Origin: Marsupella aquatica
Taxonomy: Eukaryota > Plantae > Marchantiophyta
DNA: 64,000 bases
Assembly (NCBI GenBank): GCA_973895155.1
Contig: OZ316899.1
Location: forward strand, 11,125,135 to 11,189,134
Direction of reading: 5' to 3'
Shown in pieces: positions 36,454 through 48,329 of this stretch. Within the stretch, counting starts at the first letter, position 1. Every line of letters begins with the position of its first letter. The position numbers were made by a program, and so were the translations under genes. The notes beneath the pieces were generated by a model. That model was given only the letters and a program-made list of their open reading frames with translations, was not told where the DNA came from and did not search any database.

Positions 36454-37110
36454 TCACTGCCTTACCAATTGTTCTTTCACTGGAGCATAACTTCCTCTCC
36501 CAGCCTGTGACAGGTGTTTCACTTTGCCTCGAGCATTTGACATCAGTTCACTCTTGCTCTGCCCAGCCTCCGACATGAACCCTTTGACTAACCGTGTCCA
36601 TTGATCCAATTCCAATGATGGGGGTGGTGGCATTCTCCTGTTAGAACCATTGTCTATCCACATCCTTTTCAACCTATGCCTCTCTTGTTTCAAAATCCTC
36701 ATTGCATAATCTGATATGCAATCTTCAACTGGGCCCTTACCATCATTACCAACATAGTCCCACCGTTCAAGAATGTCCTTGCAGATAGCAGCCCAATCAG
36801 CTTTGTTCTGACTCCTAAACTCTGTAATGCTCAAATCTAACCAACGCAATACTTCTCCTCTTAGGTTAGAATGCCAACGGTTCTTACCATCACATGTGGG
36901 AATTATCCAACCATCGGAATTCACTTCTACTTTACCAAATTTGTTACTGTCTCCTGCCTTGGTACTCCCTGAAGCGCTACTAGGTGTCCCTCCATGGCCT
37001 GGTGTCCCCCCACGGCCTGGGGTCCCTCCACGGCCTGATCTCCCCCCACGGCGTGGATTGCATTGTCCAAACCTCCCTGGAGTCCCTGCACATTTACAGG
37101 ATCCATTAGG
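36454..37110 (-). CDS. CACTA TnpA/Transposase_24-like exon (copy 2)
   Basis: Same motifs as copy 1; RGG-rich N-terminal part. Confidence 0.7.
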   Translation of the reverse strand, partial: PNGSCKCAGTPGRFGQCNPRRGGRSGRGGTPGRGGTPGHGGTPSSASGSTKAGDSNKFGKVEVNSDGWIIPTCDGKNRWHSNLRGEVLRWLDLSITEFRSQNKADWAAICKDILERWDYVGNDGKGPVEDCISDYAMRILKQERHRLKRMWIDNGSNRRMPPPPSLELDQWTRLVKGFMSEAGQSKSELMSNARGKVKHLSQAGRGSYAPVKEQLVRQ

Positions 37111-37982
37111 TAAGTATGAATCATAAATCCTGCTGCCAAATATACACTGGACTTCAGAGCAATTATGCAATGACCAAGTTACCTCTCCCTTGGCGCATAG
37201 ATGGTTCTGGACCACCTGTCCTATTGCTTTGTCTTGATGAATTAGGCCAGTTTCTCCCGCCTGTGAATGATTGCCTCCTATCTGAATGTGGATGGCCTTT
37301 GTTGTTTTTGTGATTGTCCCAATCAGAGTCTGCATACCAACAGGTACATGCCACACTCATGGACCTGTAAGATAAACTCTTTGCCCTAGCTACACATCAG
37401 ATAAGTCCAGATTGAGCTAAATCTCTACTACCATCACAAAATCACTAGCACAAGGCACTTACTTGTCCAATCATCCTCCTCACCTTTCCATTGCCCTCTG
37501 TACCTGTCTCTACCACGCTCTGGGTGTTCATATTCATCCCATCCATCTTCTGCTCCATCATAGTCATCATCATAATTATCAGGCGTCCCTTGCCAATAAC
37601 TCTGGCTCCTTCTAGGGTATGGATTATGTGATTTCTCTCTAGCTGCCCACCTACCTGGGACTTGATGAGGCCCCTGTGCATCCTGCACAGGTGCATTTTT
37701 CTGTGAGCCCCCTGCATTTGGGTCTCCATCCATATCCAATCTTTCCTCTTCACCCCACTCTCCAAGCCCCATGTCTGTCTCCATGTCATCACCCTCTTCC
37801 CCCATAGCTTCTGCATAGCACCCACAACCAAACAGGGAGAATCAGCACACTAAATTCAAAGTATCAATCAATTTCATGCATATCCAACTATCCTAAACAT
37901 CATTCCAGGCAGCAATTCCCGTTCTGTGACTCTGTGCAGGTAGTCATCCTCAACCTCATACTTGCCAATCGCCAGTTGTTGC

Positions 37983-38543
37983 CTATTGCACATCATCAAC
38001 CTCATCATATTCCATCTCCCCAGGTTCATCATATGTCTCTCTCAATGTTAAGGGGATGTAGTCAGTCCCTGCCCGAGTTGGAAGTACAGTCTCGTGACTA
38101 GGATGCTCGAATGCAGCATGGTCATCCAAACTGAACTCTACTTTACTTCCATCCATCCGCCTGTTCCGTGCTTGGCTATGGCATACCACTCTCCAGCCAT
38201 GTGAGTCCTCCACATCTGCAAAGAAAGCCTGTTCAACTTGGCTAGGGAAAACAAAAGGCTCAGACCATTCTGGTACTCTGGACCTAAAATTGGCCAACAA
38301 GAACCCATCATGATCACGCTTCATGGTGGCCCTTGGTCTCTGCCACTCTGATTTCACCCATGATCCCTTCATCAATATCACTGGGACACTTGTGTTACCA
38401 TAATTCAACACCCAAATGTCGGTCAACTCCCCCACGTAACCCATCTTCATCCACCCCCTCTGTTCTTCAGAGGTTCTCTGCTCAAACACATAAATCAAAC
38501 CACAATCATATGATACACAATGGTCACCCTGCTCATCCCTCAC
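37983..38543 (-). CDS. CACTA DUF4216-like exon (copy 2)
   Basis: YVGELTDIWVLNY...EPFVFPSQVEQAFF...GWRVV. Confidence 0.75.
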   Translation of the reverse strand: MRDEQGDHCVSYDCGLIYVFEQRTSEEQRGWMKMGYVGELTDIWVLNYGNTSVPVILMKGSWVKSEWQRPRATMKRDHDGFLLANFRSRVPEWSEPFVFPSQVEQAFFADVEDSHGWRVVCHSQARNRRMDGSKVEFSLDDHAAFEHPSHETVLPTRAGTDYIPLTLRETYDEPGEMEYDEVDDVQ

Positions 38544-39459
38544 TCAATAATGATTTCCATAAGCTCTCATCTGTTTGTAGGTCAGAAGAGACACTCGTAG
38601 TGGCACAAATAGCAGAAACAAATCTTTCTCCATATTTGGGTGATGTCTACTATGCTCTCAAATTGCCACCCAAATCCATTGCTTGAATGTTGGTAAGGGA
38701 CCATCCTGTCCAAAGTGTGCAGCTTTTTGCATATCATATTCCCTGCAATATGAGGTTTGCATAGTTAGGTCTAAACAAGTCATGACAACCTAAGATCACG
38801 CTTGGAATAGACAAGAAGCATGACAACAAAGGCAAGTCAATTCAATCACTTATTGCCACCAAGGTTGCATAGGCTTTGTGTTGGCCAGCACATATGAATG
38901 AGCCTTGTCTTGAATCGCAACAAACAGCTGCACAGGACACCTTCAACAACCTCGCCACTCACTCCATCATCTTCACCAGATTGCCAAACTCTTGTCATAG
39001 CTTCACCAGATCCAGCCATGTACTCTTTTATAGCTTCACCAGATCCAGCCATGTACCCCAGCTGCTACTGATTCCACAAGCCAAGCATATGAAACCACAA
39101 ACACATTATGGGACATGACATAAAAGCGAATGTCACCCTTCCCAAACTTGCGACAGGCTTTGGGATATGACTTAATAAGGGGTTGTGTACTTCATCAGTT
39201 ATCAGTGAGTTTCATCAGTGACTGATATCAGTCCAACACCGGAACTCAGCAAATCAGCTGAGATGAATTTTTTAGGGGCACAACCCAATCCACAACCCAA
39301 TCGCAGTCCACGCCATTGTCGGTGCCTCTTTGAGGTTGGATCGGGTACTTTACTTCGACCATTTCTTATGTCGGCTGCCTCTCTGACATTAAAGGAGAAT
39401 ATAAAGTTTCAATGTTGGCGGCCTCTATGAGATTACCTCAAATTTCAGTTGAATCTCAG

Positions 39460-41591
39460 CCATTTCTATCGGGGCCTGTGCACAATCTTTGTTTGTGAGC
39501 TGGTTTCAGAAGATAGTGCAACATTACAAACTGCATGGAAGGTCACGAGGAGGGTGTGTGGAGAACATGGGCTGAAGAATGTTGAATTTTGTGGCTTTAT
39601 GGCTGATAATGCTGCTGCTAGGTGGAATGCAATCCGCAATGAATTTTGGGATGGAAAGGTAAATACCCATAGAGAGAGGTCTGATGCGTTTCACTGGGCC
39701 CAATCAGTGGAGAGGGTGCAAAAGCACATTGTCCCATAGAAGAGATTTGAGCATAAGATTTGCTTCAACACGCCGACAACATAGTTCTTGCATTTTGAGT
39801 TTTTGAGAAGCTTAAGACGTGGTGGAGCGAGGGCAACGCGCTACCTAGAAAAGCGAAGGAGCTCACAACGTGGATGTCTTGGTGGATTGTTTGGTTTTCT
39901 CAATGGGGAAATTTTTTGAGACTCGTAAGTGTCTAATGCTTTTCCTCTATATGCATGAAATCCATCAAATCTTGGCGAAGCTTGCTGACATGGGGTCAGT
40001 TGAAGGGATGTTCAATTGGATGACCTCTGTCTATAATGCTTTCTGTCAAATATTGGCGAAGGTCGCCGAGATATGTTTCCAATTGTATTGACATTATTCT
40101 TGGAAATTGTAGGAGATGGACAGAGAAAAGGCTGCGCTTATGCCTAACCACAACGGGGCAGAGTCGGTGCATGCGGTCATGTGGAAATGGTCCTCTAATA
40201 GAAAGGTTGGGTTAGTACAGTCCTGTAACTTAGATGCAACTTGAGCATTGAGCCAGGTTGCATCTTTGGAGCACTACCAACACAGTGGGAGGAAAGGGCG
40301 GGGATCGAGCCTATTTGAACTCCGACTTCGAGACGCTACTGCTGTTGGGAATGTGGAATCTTTCTTTTCAAAATTGAACATAGTTATAACTCAACCAGAA
40401 TTGTGTAAGTTCTCATCGGCGGACCCACTTAGTGGAGATGTAGAAACGGTTTCTATGAAGCGCGGGAAGGCCATTTTTGGCGCTCATGTGGTAGTAGAAG
40501 ATTCACACAAGCCTGACATTGTTCTGGTAACAAGACCAAAGAAAAGGAAGTTCAAGGGGGTTGCAAACAGGGACGCAACCTTAAAAAGCACAGATCCTAA
40601 AGTTGTGGATCTGTCTTCCGATGACAGTAGTGGCTCGGGCGAGCCTGAAGTTGTCATTGTGGAACCTCTCCAACGGATGACAAGGTTAACCCCACGTCCG
40701 GAGCCCGTCAGAAGACATGTTCAGGAAACTGATTTGGTGCCAGGGACGTTATTTCTGGCCCGCATCTCAACATGTGGTAAGAGTCCCGGTTGTAGAGGTG
40801 CGTTCAAAGGCAAGGAATGGGGAGTATGTGCACGATTTATTAGAGAGGCAGGATTGAAAGTGAGTGGATTGGGTGTTGCTGGTATTTGTTGGCTGGCGGG
40901 GAGTAAATTTAATGAACCAGGTGTTCCATATCCGTATTGGTTTTGCCCGAACAACCAGTGTTGCACAAAATCCTCTTTGCCTTTCATTACCGGCGTACTA
41001 CCACCACTGCCTTCAAAGTTTCCGGTCTCTCGTGGTACTAATCTTACAGAAGCAGAGGTTATTTTCCTGCACAACAATGGAGTGGATGTCATTTCTGGTG
41101 GCAATGTTATGAATGAGGTAGTGGGTGCTGGCGACATCATCATGGATTTGAACACATACCCAGAGCGGCCAGATCCTACAAGGCCTGACGATCGTCGTAC
41201 TCGCCGCAATGGCCAGGCAAGGCAAAGGAGGTCAGACCCCCCCAAGGATGCATTAGCACGTATCCAAAATGCTAAGACCGAGGCCATTGTGTGCACGTCA
41301 ATGAGGAGAATTGAAACAGGGAATGCTACCGGCATAAGGCTCATGGTGAACAACACTAGCAGGGGGCAAACTTCAGTACATTGCGTCCAGATCTGTGTCT
41401 TCCCAAGTTGCTCCTGCAAGGATTTCATGTATAGGGAGTCGATGGGAAGAGCCTACTTCCCGTGCAAGCACTTGTACTGGTGCTTTGCAAACATCTGTAA
41501 AAGGGACATTGACACGGATCAATGTGTAAACCAACATATCTTGACTCTAACTAAGGTCTGCGGCCTTGTAGAAAATGCCAATATCGTCTGA
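39460..41591 (+). pseudogene. MULE DDE transposase, 3' half, with C-terminal SWIM zinc finger
   Basis: FMADNAAA.WNAI, RERSDAFHW, NHNGAESVH, SWIM CSCKDF...PCKHLYW; intron 39925-40112; highly similar to 63690-64000. Confidence 0.85.
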
Positions 41592-42583
41592 CATTGTATG
41601 TCGGCGACCCTCGCTGACATTGTCTCCGAGGAAGCGGACTGTTATCTGTTGATATATGGTGTTCAGCAAGAACGAGTAGATGCTTGGAAAAGGACTCGTC
41701 TTGATAATTGGTACACTGAGCAGGTTCAGGAAAGACTTGATCAAGGTGTAAGTGTCAATCGTGACAACTTTTAGGTGCACTTCATGTCATTATCGGTTTA
41801 GTTTATAGAATACGCAGGAGTACGCCACACCTGGTTCAGATTTAGAGATCATGGACTAATTTTGTACGACTTTTTTGAGTAATAAAATACTTGGCGACAT
41901 GAGATCCTTCCTATCTTTCACTATCAATTCTTGGCGAGGGTCTTCGACATTTGGACTGTTTAGGGTTTAGGGTTTACCCTAAACCCTAAACACGTACCCC
42001 CTATACTGGGCCGTAAATCCTAGACCCTTGCGTACTTCCCTTGCATACTGTCTTGTTTGGTCCGTTAAGAAGATGTACGTTGTCAAGTATAGTTGGGATG
42101 TCCCGTATCCATGACGTAGTTTTGTGCGGTGCGGTATGTGCGGTACGTGCGGTATGTGCTCCCTTCTTCCTTCCTCTTCCTCTTCCTCTTCCTCTTCACT
42201 CTTTGTTAGGGTTTTCAACGTCTTTTTCACTTATCCCTGCGCTTGGTTTAATTTCTACACTTTGACATTCATTGCACTAGGCATAAATCACATCGTTGTT
42301 CATTGCTTAGGGAGAGCCTCCCCATGAAGGCAGACGTTCTACGCCCGTTGCGCGACCGGCGCGCAGCCCCTATAGGGTCAAGATCAACCCGCAGACTTCG
42401 CAGGTGGAGACCGTCAAAACCAATATGTCAATGTTGTTGTCATTATAAAGAGGAGGACCCTAAACTTTCTCTATTCTTGATCCGCTTGTTCAGTTGGTTG
42501 GTTATTGTGTTCAATCTATTGGGTGTCGTCTTCATCTCACGGGTGCTTCAAGCGGCTAAACTTGCTTCAAGCGGCTCTCCAAC

Positions 42584-43291
42584 ATGGAAGGATCATACAC
42601 AAAGAGGCGTTATCATGAAAAGTGCGCTACATGCCTTGATAAGTTTATGACGACAATTACTGAGTTGAAATTGAAAGCTGATTTTGATCGGCTCTCAGTA
42701 TGGGGGACTGGGGAGCCTATTCCAAAGGAAGCAGAAGAAGCAAAAAGGCAGAGTCTCATACTTGGCCTCCCGGATATGCTGATAGAGGGACATGTTTGGC
42801 CTCTACTTAGAAATACATTTGAGTCTGCAAATGCACATGGCACTGATGATGATGCTACCTTCAAGACGATCAATAACATGCGCATATTGTCCAGAGTTAG
42901 TAGGAAATGGAGATTCCTCGTGACTCACTCCAAGGGATGGACAGCGTTAAAAGTGGTGAAGGGTGTCATTGAAAACATGGACGACAACCGACATTGGAAT
43001 CGTCACTCAACCGCGTGTACGTTCTGTGTTCTCTTACGTCAAATTCTGCCTATTGATGCCCTCTCTATGATGTCAGTTACATCACTCAAGTCTTGGGTGG
43101 CAAACTACGTTTGGAGGACGGAGATATATGAGAGGGATCTGTATGATAAGTTCTTCGACGGAGATGTGCTAGGAAGAGTCCAGGAATGGGTGGAGAATAG
43201 GTTAACCCCAATCTTATGGTGTGACAATGTAGAAAAATTGCCGAGCAACAATCCAGACAGTGGCTACGGGCTTTATTCTAGTGATATTTGA
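42584..43291 (+). CDS. F-box-like cargo protein, 235 aa, open frame
   Basis: SLILGLPDMLIEGHVWPLL...LSRVSRKWRFLV. Confidence 0.7.
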   Translation: MEGSYTKRRYHEKCATCLDKFMTTITELKLKADFDRLSVWGTGEPIPKEAEEAKRQSLILGLPDMLIEGHVWPLLRNTFESANAHGTDDDATFKTINNMRILSRVSRKWRFLVTHSKGWTALKVVKGVIENMDDNRHWNRHSTACTFCVLLRQILPIDALSMMSVTSLKSWVANYVWRTEIYERDLYDKFFDGDVLGRVQEWVENRLTPILWCDNVEKLPSNNPDSGYGLYSSDI

Positions 43292-43587
43292 CTGTGAAGG
43301 CATAGGAGGTCATCGCGGATAGCATTGTTGATAGGGTCCACTGGCCACTAGGTCATGTCATGACTTGAACTCATCACGTAGTAATGAGGTCAGGGCTAGC
43401 ATCATGGACTACTTTTGTACAATATTTTTCAATAATAAAAAAGCTTACGTTATCACACTATTGGTGTGGTCTTTTTTCCCTCCTGGCGGCCTCGCCGACA
43501 TCCAAACGGCACCATTGGAATTTGGCGAGGGTCTCCGAGATGTAACATTCCTGAACGCTACTCACCTTGGAGACATTTGCCATTTGT

Positions 43588-43995
43588 CGGATCTGAGCGA
43601 CCCTCGCCAAAATGGCACTGAAACCAGATGTCAGTGACCCTCGCCGAAATGGCACTGAAACCGGATGTCAGCGACCCTCGCCAAAATGGCACTAAAAATG
43701 GATGTCAACGACCCTCGCCAAAATGGCACTGAAACTGGATGTCAACGACCCTCGCCGGAATGGCACTAAAACCGGATGTCAGCGACCCTCGCCAGAATGG
43801 CACTGAAACTGGATGTTAGCGACCCTCGCCAAAATGGCACTAAAACCAAATGTCAACGACCCTCGCCGAAATGGCACTGAAACCGGATGTCAGCGACCCT
43901 CGCCGGAATGGCACTGAAATTGGATGTCAGCGACCCTCGCCGAAATGGCACTGAAACTGGATGTCAGCAACCCTCGCCGAAATGGCACTAAAAGC
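43588..43995. repeat. 37-bp tandem array x11, one 23-bp palindrome per unit
   Basis: CCCTCGCC at 43601, 43638 ... 43971; unit ACCGG-ATGTCAGCGACCCTCGCCGAAAT-GGCACTGAA. Confidence 0.95.
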
Positions 43996-44758
43996 GGAAT
44001 GCAACTTCCCAATCGAATGTCTACGATCCTCGCCAAAATTGCACTTACCAAGGAAAAGTAAGAAACCGGATCTCAGAGACCCTCGCCAAAATGGAACTTA
44101 GGATCATAATCTTGACTGTTGCCGAGTGAGAGAACCGCCAGATCTCGGAGACCCTCTCCGAGATCTACTTACACCCTAAACTGTTTGTCGTCAAACTAAC
44201 AAAGAAGTCATTGGCCTTTGATCTCAGAGATCCTCACCAAAATGGGCTTACGTAGCTCGTACAGTGCCAAAAACTAATCCTGACAGTCTTGACCGTCAGG
44301 TCAAATCAACATTAACTCATTTGTTGGCCAAGCCTGGAGTGTGTGTGAAAAGACATGTACCCGTTATTACGAGCGGACGTTGTTGTCCCTTCAACCGTCT
44401 AGGGATAGGATACCAATAGTTGCTGGATTTTTAGTGGCGATGATGATGATTGTCTTGTACGTTGTAGGTCACCTCAACACGGACTAGATAGCGTTGACGG
44501 AAAGTGACATGCATGTGAATAGACATGTACCCGTTATACGTACACCGATTGCTTCCATTACCCAATCCCGGTTAGTACATATTTGGTGTGATATTCGAGT
44601 GGGCGTTCGGTATATGATGTGAATCAGTCATTCCATCCAGACTCATTCTTATGAAAGTCCTTGGTAAATATGGCGCGAACAAAGATGGAGGTGAAGGCAA
44701 TGTGGCAACGCGGTGCGCCCTCCAATTTTCACCTTCTTTTTCATCAGGGCACAGCACC

Positions 44759-45475
44759 ATGGTCAGAGTGGAGTCTGTGATCGGTGTCCAAGACAGGCAC
44801 ACACCTACTGTCTCCGCCGTTTTGGGCGTCGTCCCACATAAGAGGAAACGAGGTCGGCCGAGGAAGCATCCCATCGTAATGTCGATAGCGTTACCTGATA
44901 ATGAAGCTCCTTGGCTCTTAACAGAGAAGAGAAAACGAGGTTGGCCGAGGAAACATCCCATCGTAATGTCAATAGCGTTACCTGATAATGAAGCTCCTTG
45001 GCTCTTGACAGAGAAGAGGAAACGAGATCGCCCCAGGAAGCATCCTATTGCAATGGCTACCACACTGCCAGACGGTGATGGTGAAGCTCCTCGTCTGTTG
45101 AGATCTCCAGATAATTGCAAGGCTGTTGGTGATGCAAACAAAATGAATGAGAAGTTGAAGATGCCCATAGACGGTGCGGCTAAGTTCCACGGTCGTGACA
45201 ACACAACCAGCCACAAGGACTCGCCCAATGCCGAGTGTTTGAAATATGCTGATGTTGACTTTGTGTTTGCTAAGGAGTTGCTGAAGAGTTTGGATGCGGA
45301 GATCGTGGACAGCAAGTCAGACTTCCAGAAGCTTATGAGCCTTCATGTAGATGTGTAGGCTAGGCTATCTGAGATGTGTGACAATGTCCAGAATCTATGG
45401 GTAAAAATGAATGACCTCCTCTCGGCAAGAGATGAATTGGGGGCGTTCACTGGAGTGAATGTACGAAAAACATGA
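44759..45475 (+). pseudogene. AT-hook cargo protein (3 x 29-aa repeat) with a short C-terminal coiled coil
   Basis: KRKRGRPRKHP, KRKRGWPRKHP, KRKRDRPRKHP at 87-bp spacing; TAG at 45356 interrupts the frame. Confidence 0.7.
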
Positions 45476-46636
45476 ATTTCGTGTACACATTTACTTGTAG
45501 GAAATAGCAGAACGTTGTAGCCTCAAAATTTTGATACATTTAGGTAGTTACTGAATCGTTCGTCGGTAATGATTTTATGGAGTGTCAAATTAAACTGGAC
45601 GATGATAGTAGAAATTCGTCTAATCGGTTGTGTAATCCAAATCTTATGAAACATTTTGTGCAGATTAGGCAGCTTAGTTATACATTACTAAATCTGTCGT
45701 GGTAAAGTCGACGACCCTCACCGAGAGCATTTTCCAAGGCTTAACAAGTAGGAGTAACAGTCTCTTGACGATGTCTTCTCGGCGAGCATCGCCATGACAA
45801 TGAATTCATGCTACCTTTTCTTATAAGCTCTCTTATTGGGCAAACATCTTGATCTTTTGGTGGTCGCAACTGATCCCAAGGATTCTACACTGCATCACAA
45901 TTCTTGTTGATTACTTCTTTCAAGGCTGGCACCACCAGCAGCCACGTAGTAGTATCTCAATGATGTCTTCTTGGCGAGCATCACCGAGGAATGACAATAT
46001 ATGGGTTGTAAAATGTTTTTCTAGTAAACATCATGTCGACCTTATGTCGGCGACCTCTTTGACATTCTGACTATAAAAAAACATTGTAGTTGACATGCAG
46101 GTAAGTGTTAAGCGTGATGAGCAATGGCTGATATCAGTGACTTATAGGCAACCATAGTTAGGATTGCTAGGAGTAGATCTTTGACATTTTGACTATGGTC
46201 GACCTTATCAGTGATTGCTAGGAGCAGATGAACTATGTTAGTGACCTCTTCAACATACATAGCAGTACACAATTGTCCTTCTCATGTTGGCGAGAGTCTC
46301 TGAGATGTGTCTTGGAGAGGTCGTTTACCATCACTTTTGTCCTCGTGAAGTCGGCCAGAGTCTCTAAGATAAGTCTACTATATTGTGTTGACAAATTGGC
46401 GGGCACAATCCGCAAAATCTCAGAGACCCTCTCTGAGATGGATAACATATAGGAGACCCCATAATATATCGAATAGTCCCATAATATTTAGACAATGTTT
46501 TTTTAGTTCATCTGCTCCTAGCAAGAAAACCATAAGCTTTGGGAAAAATGTGTGAGGTCAATCATCCATATCACTATTCACTCTTTGGTTGCCTTATTAT
46601 GGAGGACTCCACTTGACACTATTCTCTTGTTCAACA

Positions 46637-47362
46637 TGGAAGGATCCAATGCGCAGAGGTGTTATCATGAGAAGTGCGCTGCACGGCTTGAGAAGTTCAG
46701 GACGACCATTACTGAGCTGAAATTGATAGCTCTTTCCAATAAGTTGTCAATATGGAGTTCTCCCGGGAGTTTGGGGGGAGCCTATGCATTATCCATTGCG
46801 CAGTCAGGAAGCCCAAAAGCAGAGTCTCATCCCTGGCCTCCCAGATGATCTGACGGAGGGACACATTTGGCCTCTACTTCAAAACAAATTTGAATGTGCA
46901 AATGCTCATGGCTCAGATGATAATGCTACATTCAACGCAATCAACAACATGCGTGTATTGTCAAGAGTTAGTAGGAAATGGAGATTCCTAATGACTCATT
47001 CGAAGGGATGGGCAGCCATAAAAGTGTTGTTGGACATTGTTGAAAACATATCTGAAAATCAACATTGGACTCGACACTCAACCGCATCCACGTTTCGAGT
47101 CCTCTTGCGTCAAATTCCTCCTATTGATGCCCTCGCGATGATGTCACCTATATCATCGAAGTCTTGGGTGGCATATTATGTTTGGAGGACAGAGAGATAT
47201 GAGAGGGATCTGTATGACAGTTTCTTTGACGAGGATGAGCTTGGAAGGGTCAAGCTATGGGTGGAGAACAGGCTACACACATTGTTGTGGTGTAACGATG
47301 TAGCGAGTTGGGAGAGCAACAATCCTGATAGTGGGTACGGGCTTCATAGTGATGACATTTGA
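46637..47362 (+). pseudogene. Second F-box-like cargo gene, paralogue of 42584-43291, frameshifted
   Basis: MEGSNAQRCYHEKC...; SLIPGLPDDLTEGHIWPLL...VSRKWRFL; ends NNPDSGYGLHSDDI. Confidence 0.75.
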
Positions 47363-48329
47363 TCATTTAGGGTTTAGATCAGCCGCCATTGTTGGTTTAG
47401 GTTTAGTTTAGAAGAATTTATCCTCACCCCTGATAGTTTTGGTTCAGATTTTGTAACATGGACAAATTTTGTATGAGTTTGTGATTAATAAATTACTTGA
47501 CATTTGCACGACAAACATGTTTGGCACGGTGTTTTTTCAATGTCGGCTACCTCGCCGACTTGCAGAACTCAGCTTGGGTCTCTGAGATGAATCTTGGTCA
47601 GATCTCGGCGGCCTTCTCCAAGATATACTGGCGTACGTCAAATCGCTAGATGTACGTCAGATCGCCAATGTTGACCACCTTGTCGACATGCAAAACTTGG
47701 CGAGGGTCTCTAAGATGATTCTCGGCCAGATCTCGGCGGCCTTCTCCAAGATATGCTGGCGTACGTCAGATTGCTGGACATACGTCAGATCACCAATGAC
47801 ATGCAACACTCGGCGAGGGTCTCTGACACATTTTGCGGTTTTGAGCAGGCAGCTTAGTTTTGAGCAGGCAGCTTCGTGAAGTTGGCGACCCTCGCCGAGA
47901 TCTTTTCCCAACACAAAACAGCCAAGCGTAGCGTCTAACCCACCAAGGAGAGACAATGTATGAAGTTTCCAAAACAATTATAGTAAAGATCAAGTTGGCA
48001 GTCTCGCTGACATTCTAATTTGGTCGCATTAATGTGTACGGAAAGGACATATTGGGTCCGCTTGAATGATTTTATGATGTTGGCGAGTACGCCGACATAT
48101 CCTTGCCAATGTCAGAGACCTCGCCCACATCCCCTCACTATGGACCCTTCACTGATATCAGTTATCAGTCACTGATAACTGATGATGTTACCTATCTCAC
48201 TTAATAATGACATGAGTGGTGTCCTCTGTTATATTCTTCGTCACTATCGAGGTACACAAATTCATCAGTTATCAGTGACTTTCATTAGTCACTGATATCA
48301 GTCTGTGCCCGAAACTCAACGACGCCGCC

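Larger units (their letters stand above)
33782..39169 (-). mobile_element. CACTA element copy 2, nested in copy 1 and interrupted by MULEs; probably resumes at 48208-48248
   Basis: Second CACTAGTAGAAACCGG at 33782; collinear and highly similar to 28731-33781. Confidence 0.88.
39179..48198 (+). mobile_element. Mutator-like element (MULE-1), 9,020 bp, internally deleted, with cargo genes
   Basis: 9-bp TSD ACTTAATAA (39170-39178, 48199-48207); TIRs GGGGTTGTGTACTTCATCAGTTATCAGTGA and (reverse complement) GAGATAGGTAACATCATCAGTTATCAGTGA; transposase 3' half. Confidence 0.9.

Noticed and set aside
40721-41428. 235-aa minus-strand ORF; likewise 44572-45315 and 55504-56010
   Set aside because: Antisense to better-supported genes, no recognisable motifs
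43588-43995. CRISPR-like 37-bp repeats (also 51400-52210, 54163-54405)
   Set aside because: Head-to-tail units with no unique spacers, no cas genes, eukaryotic context
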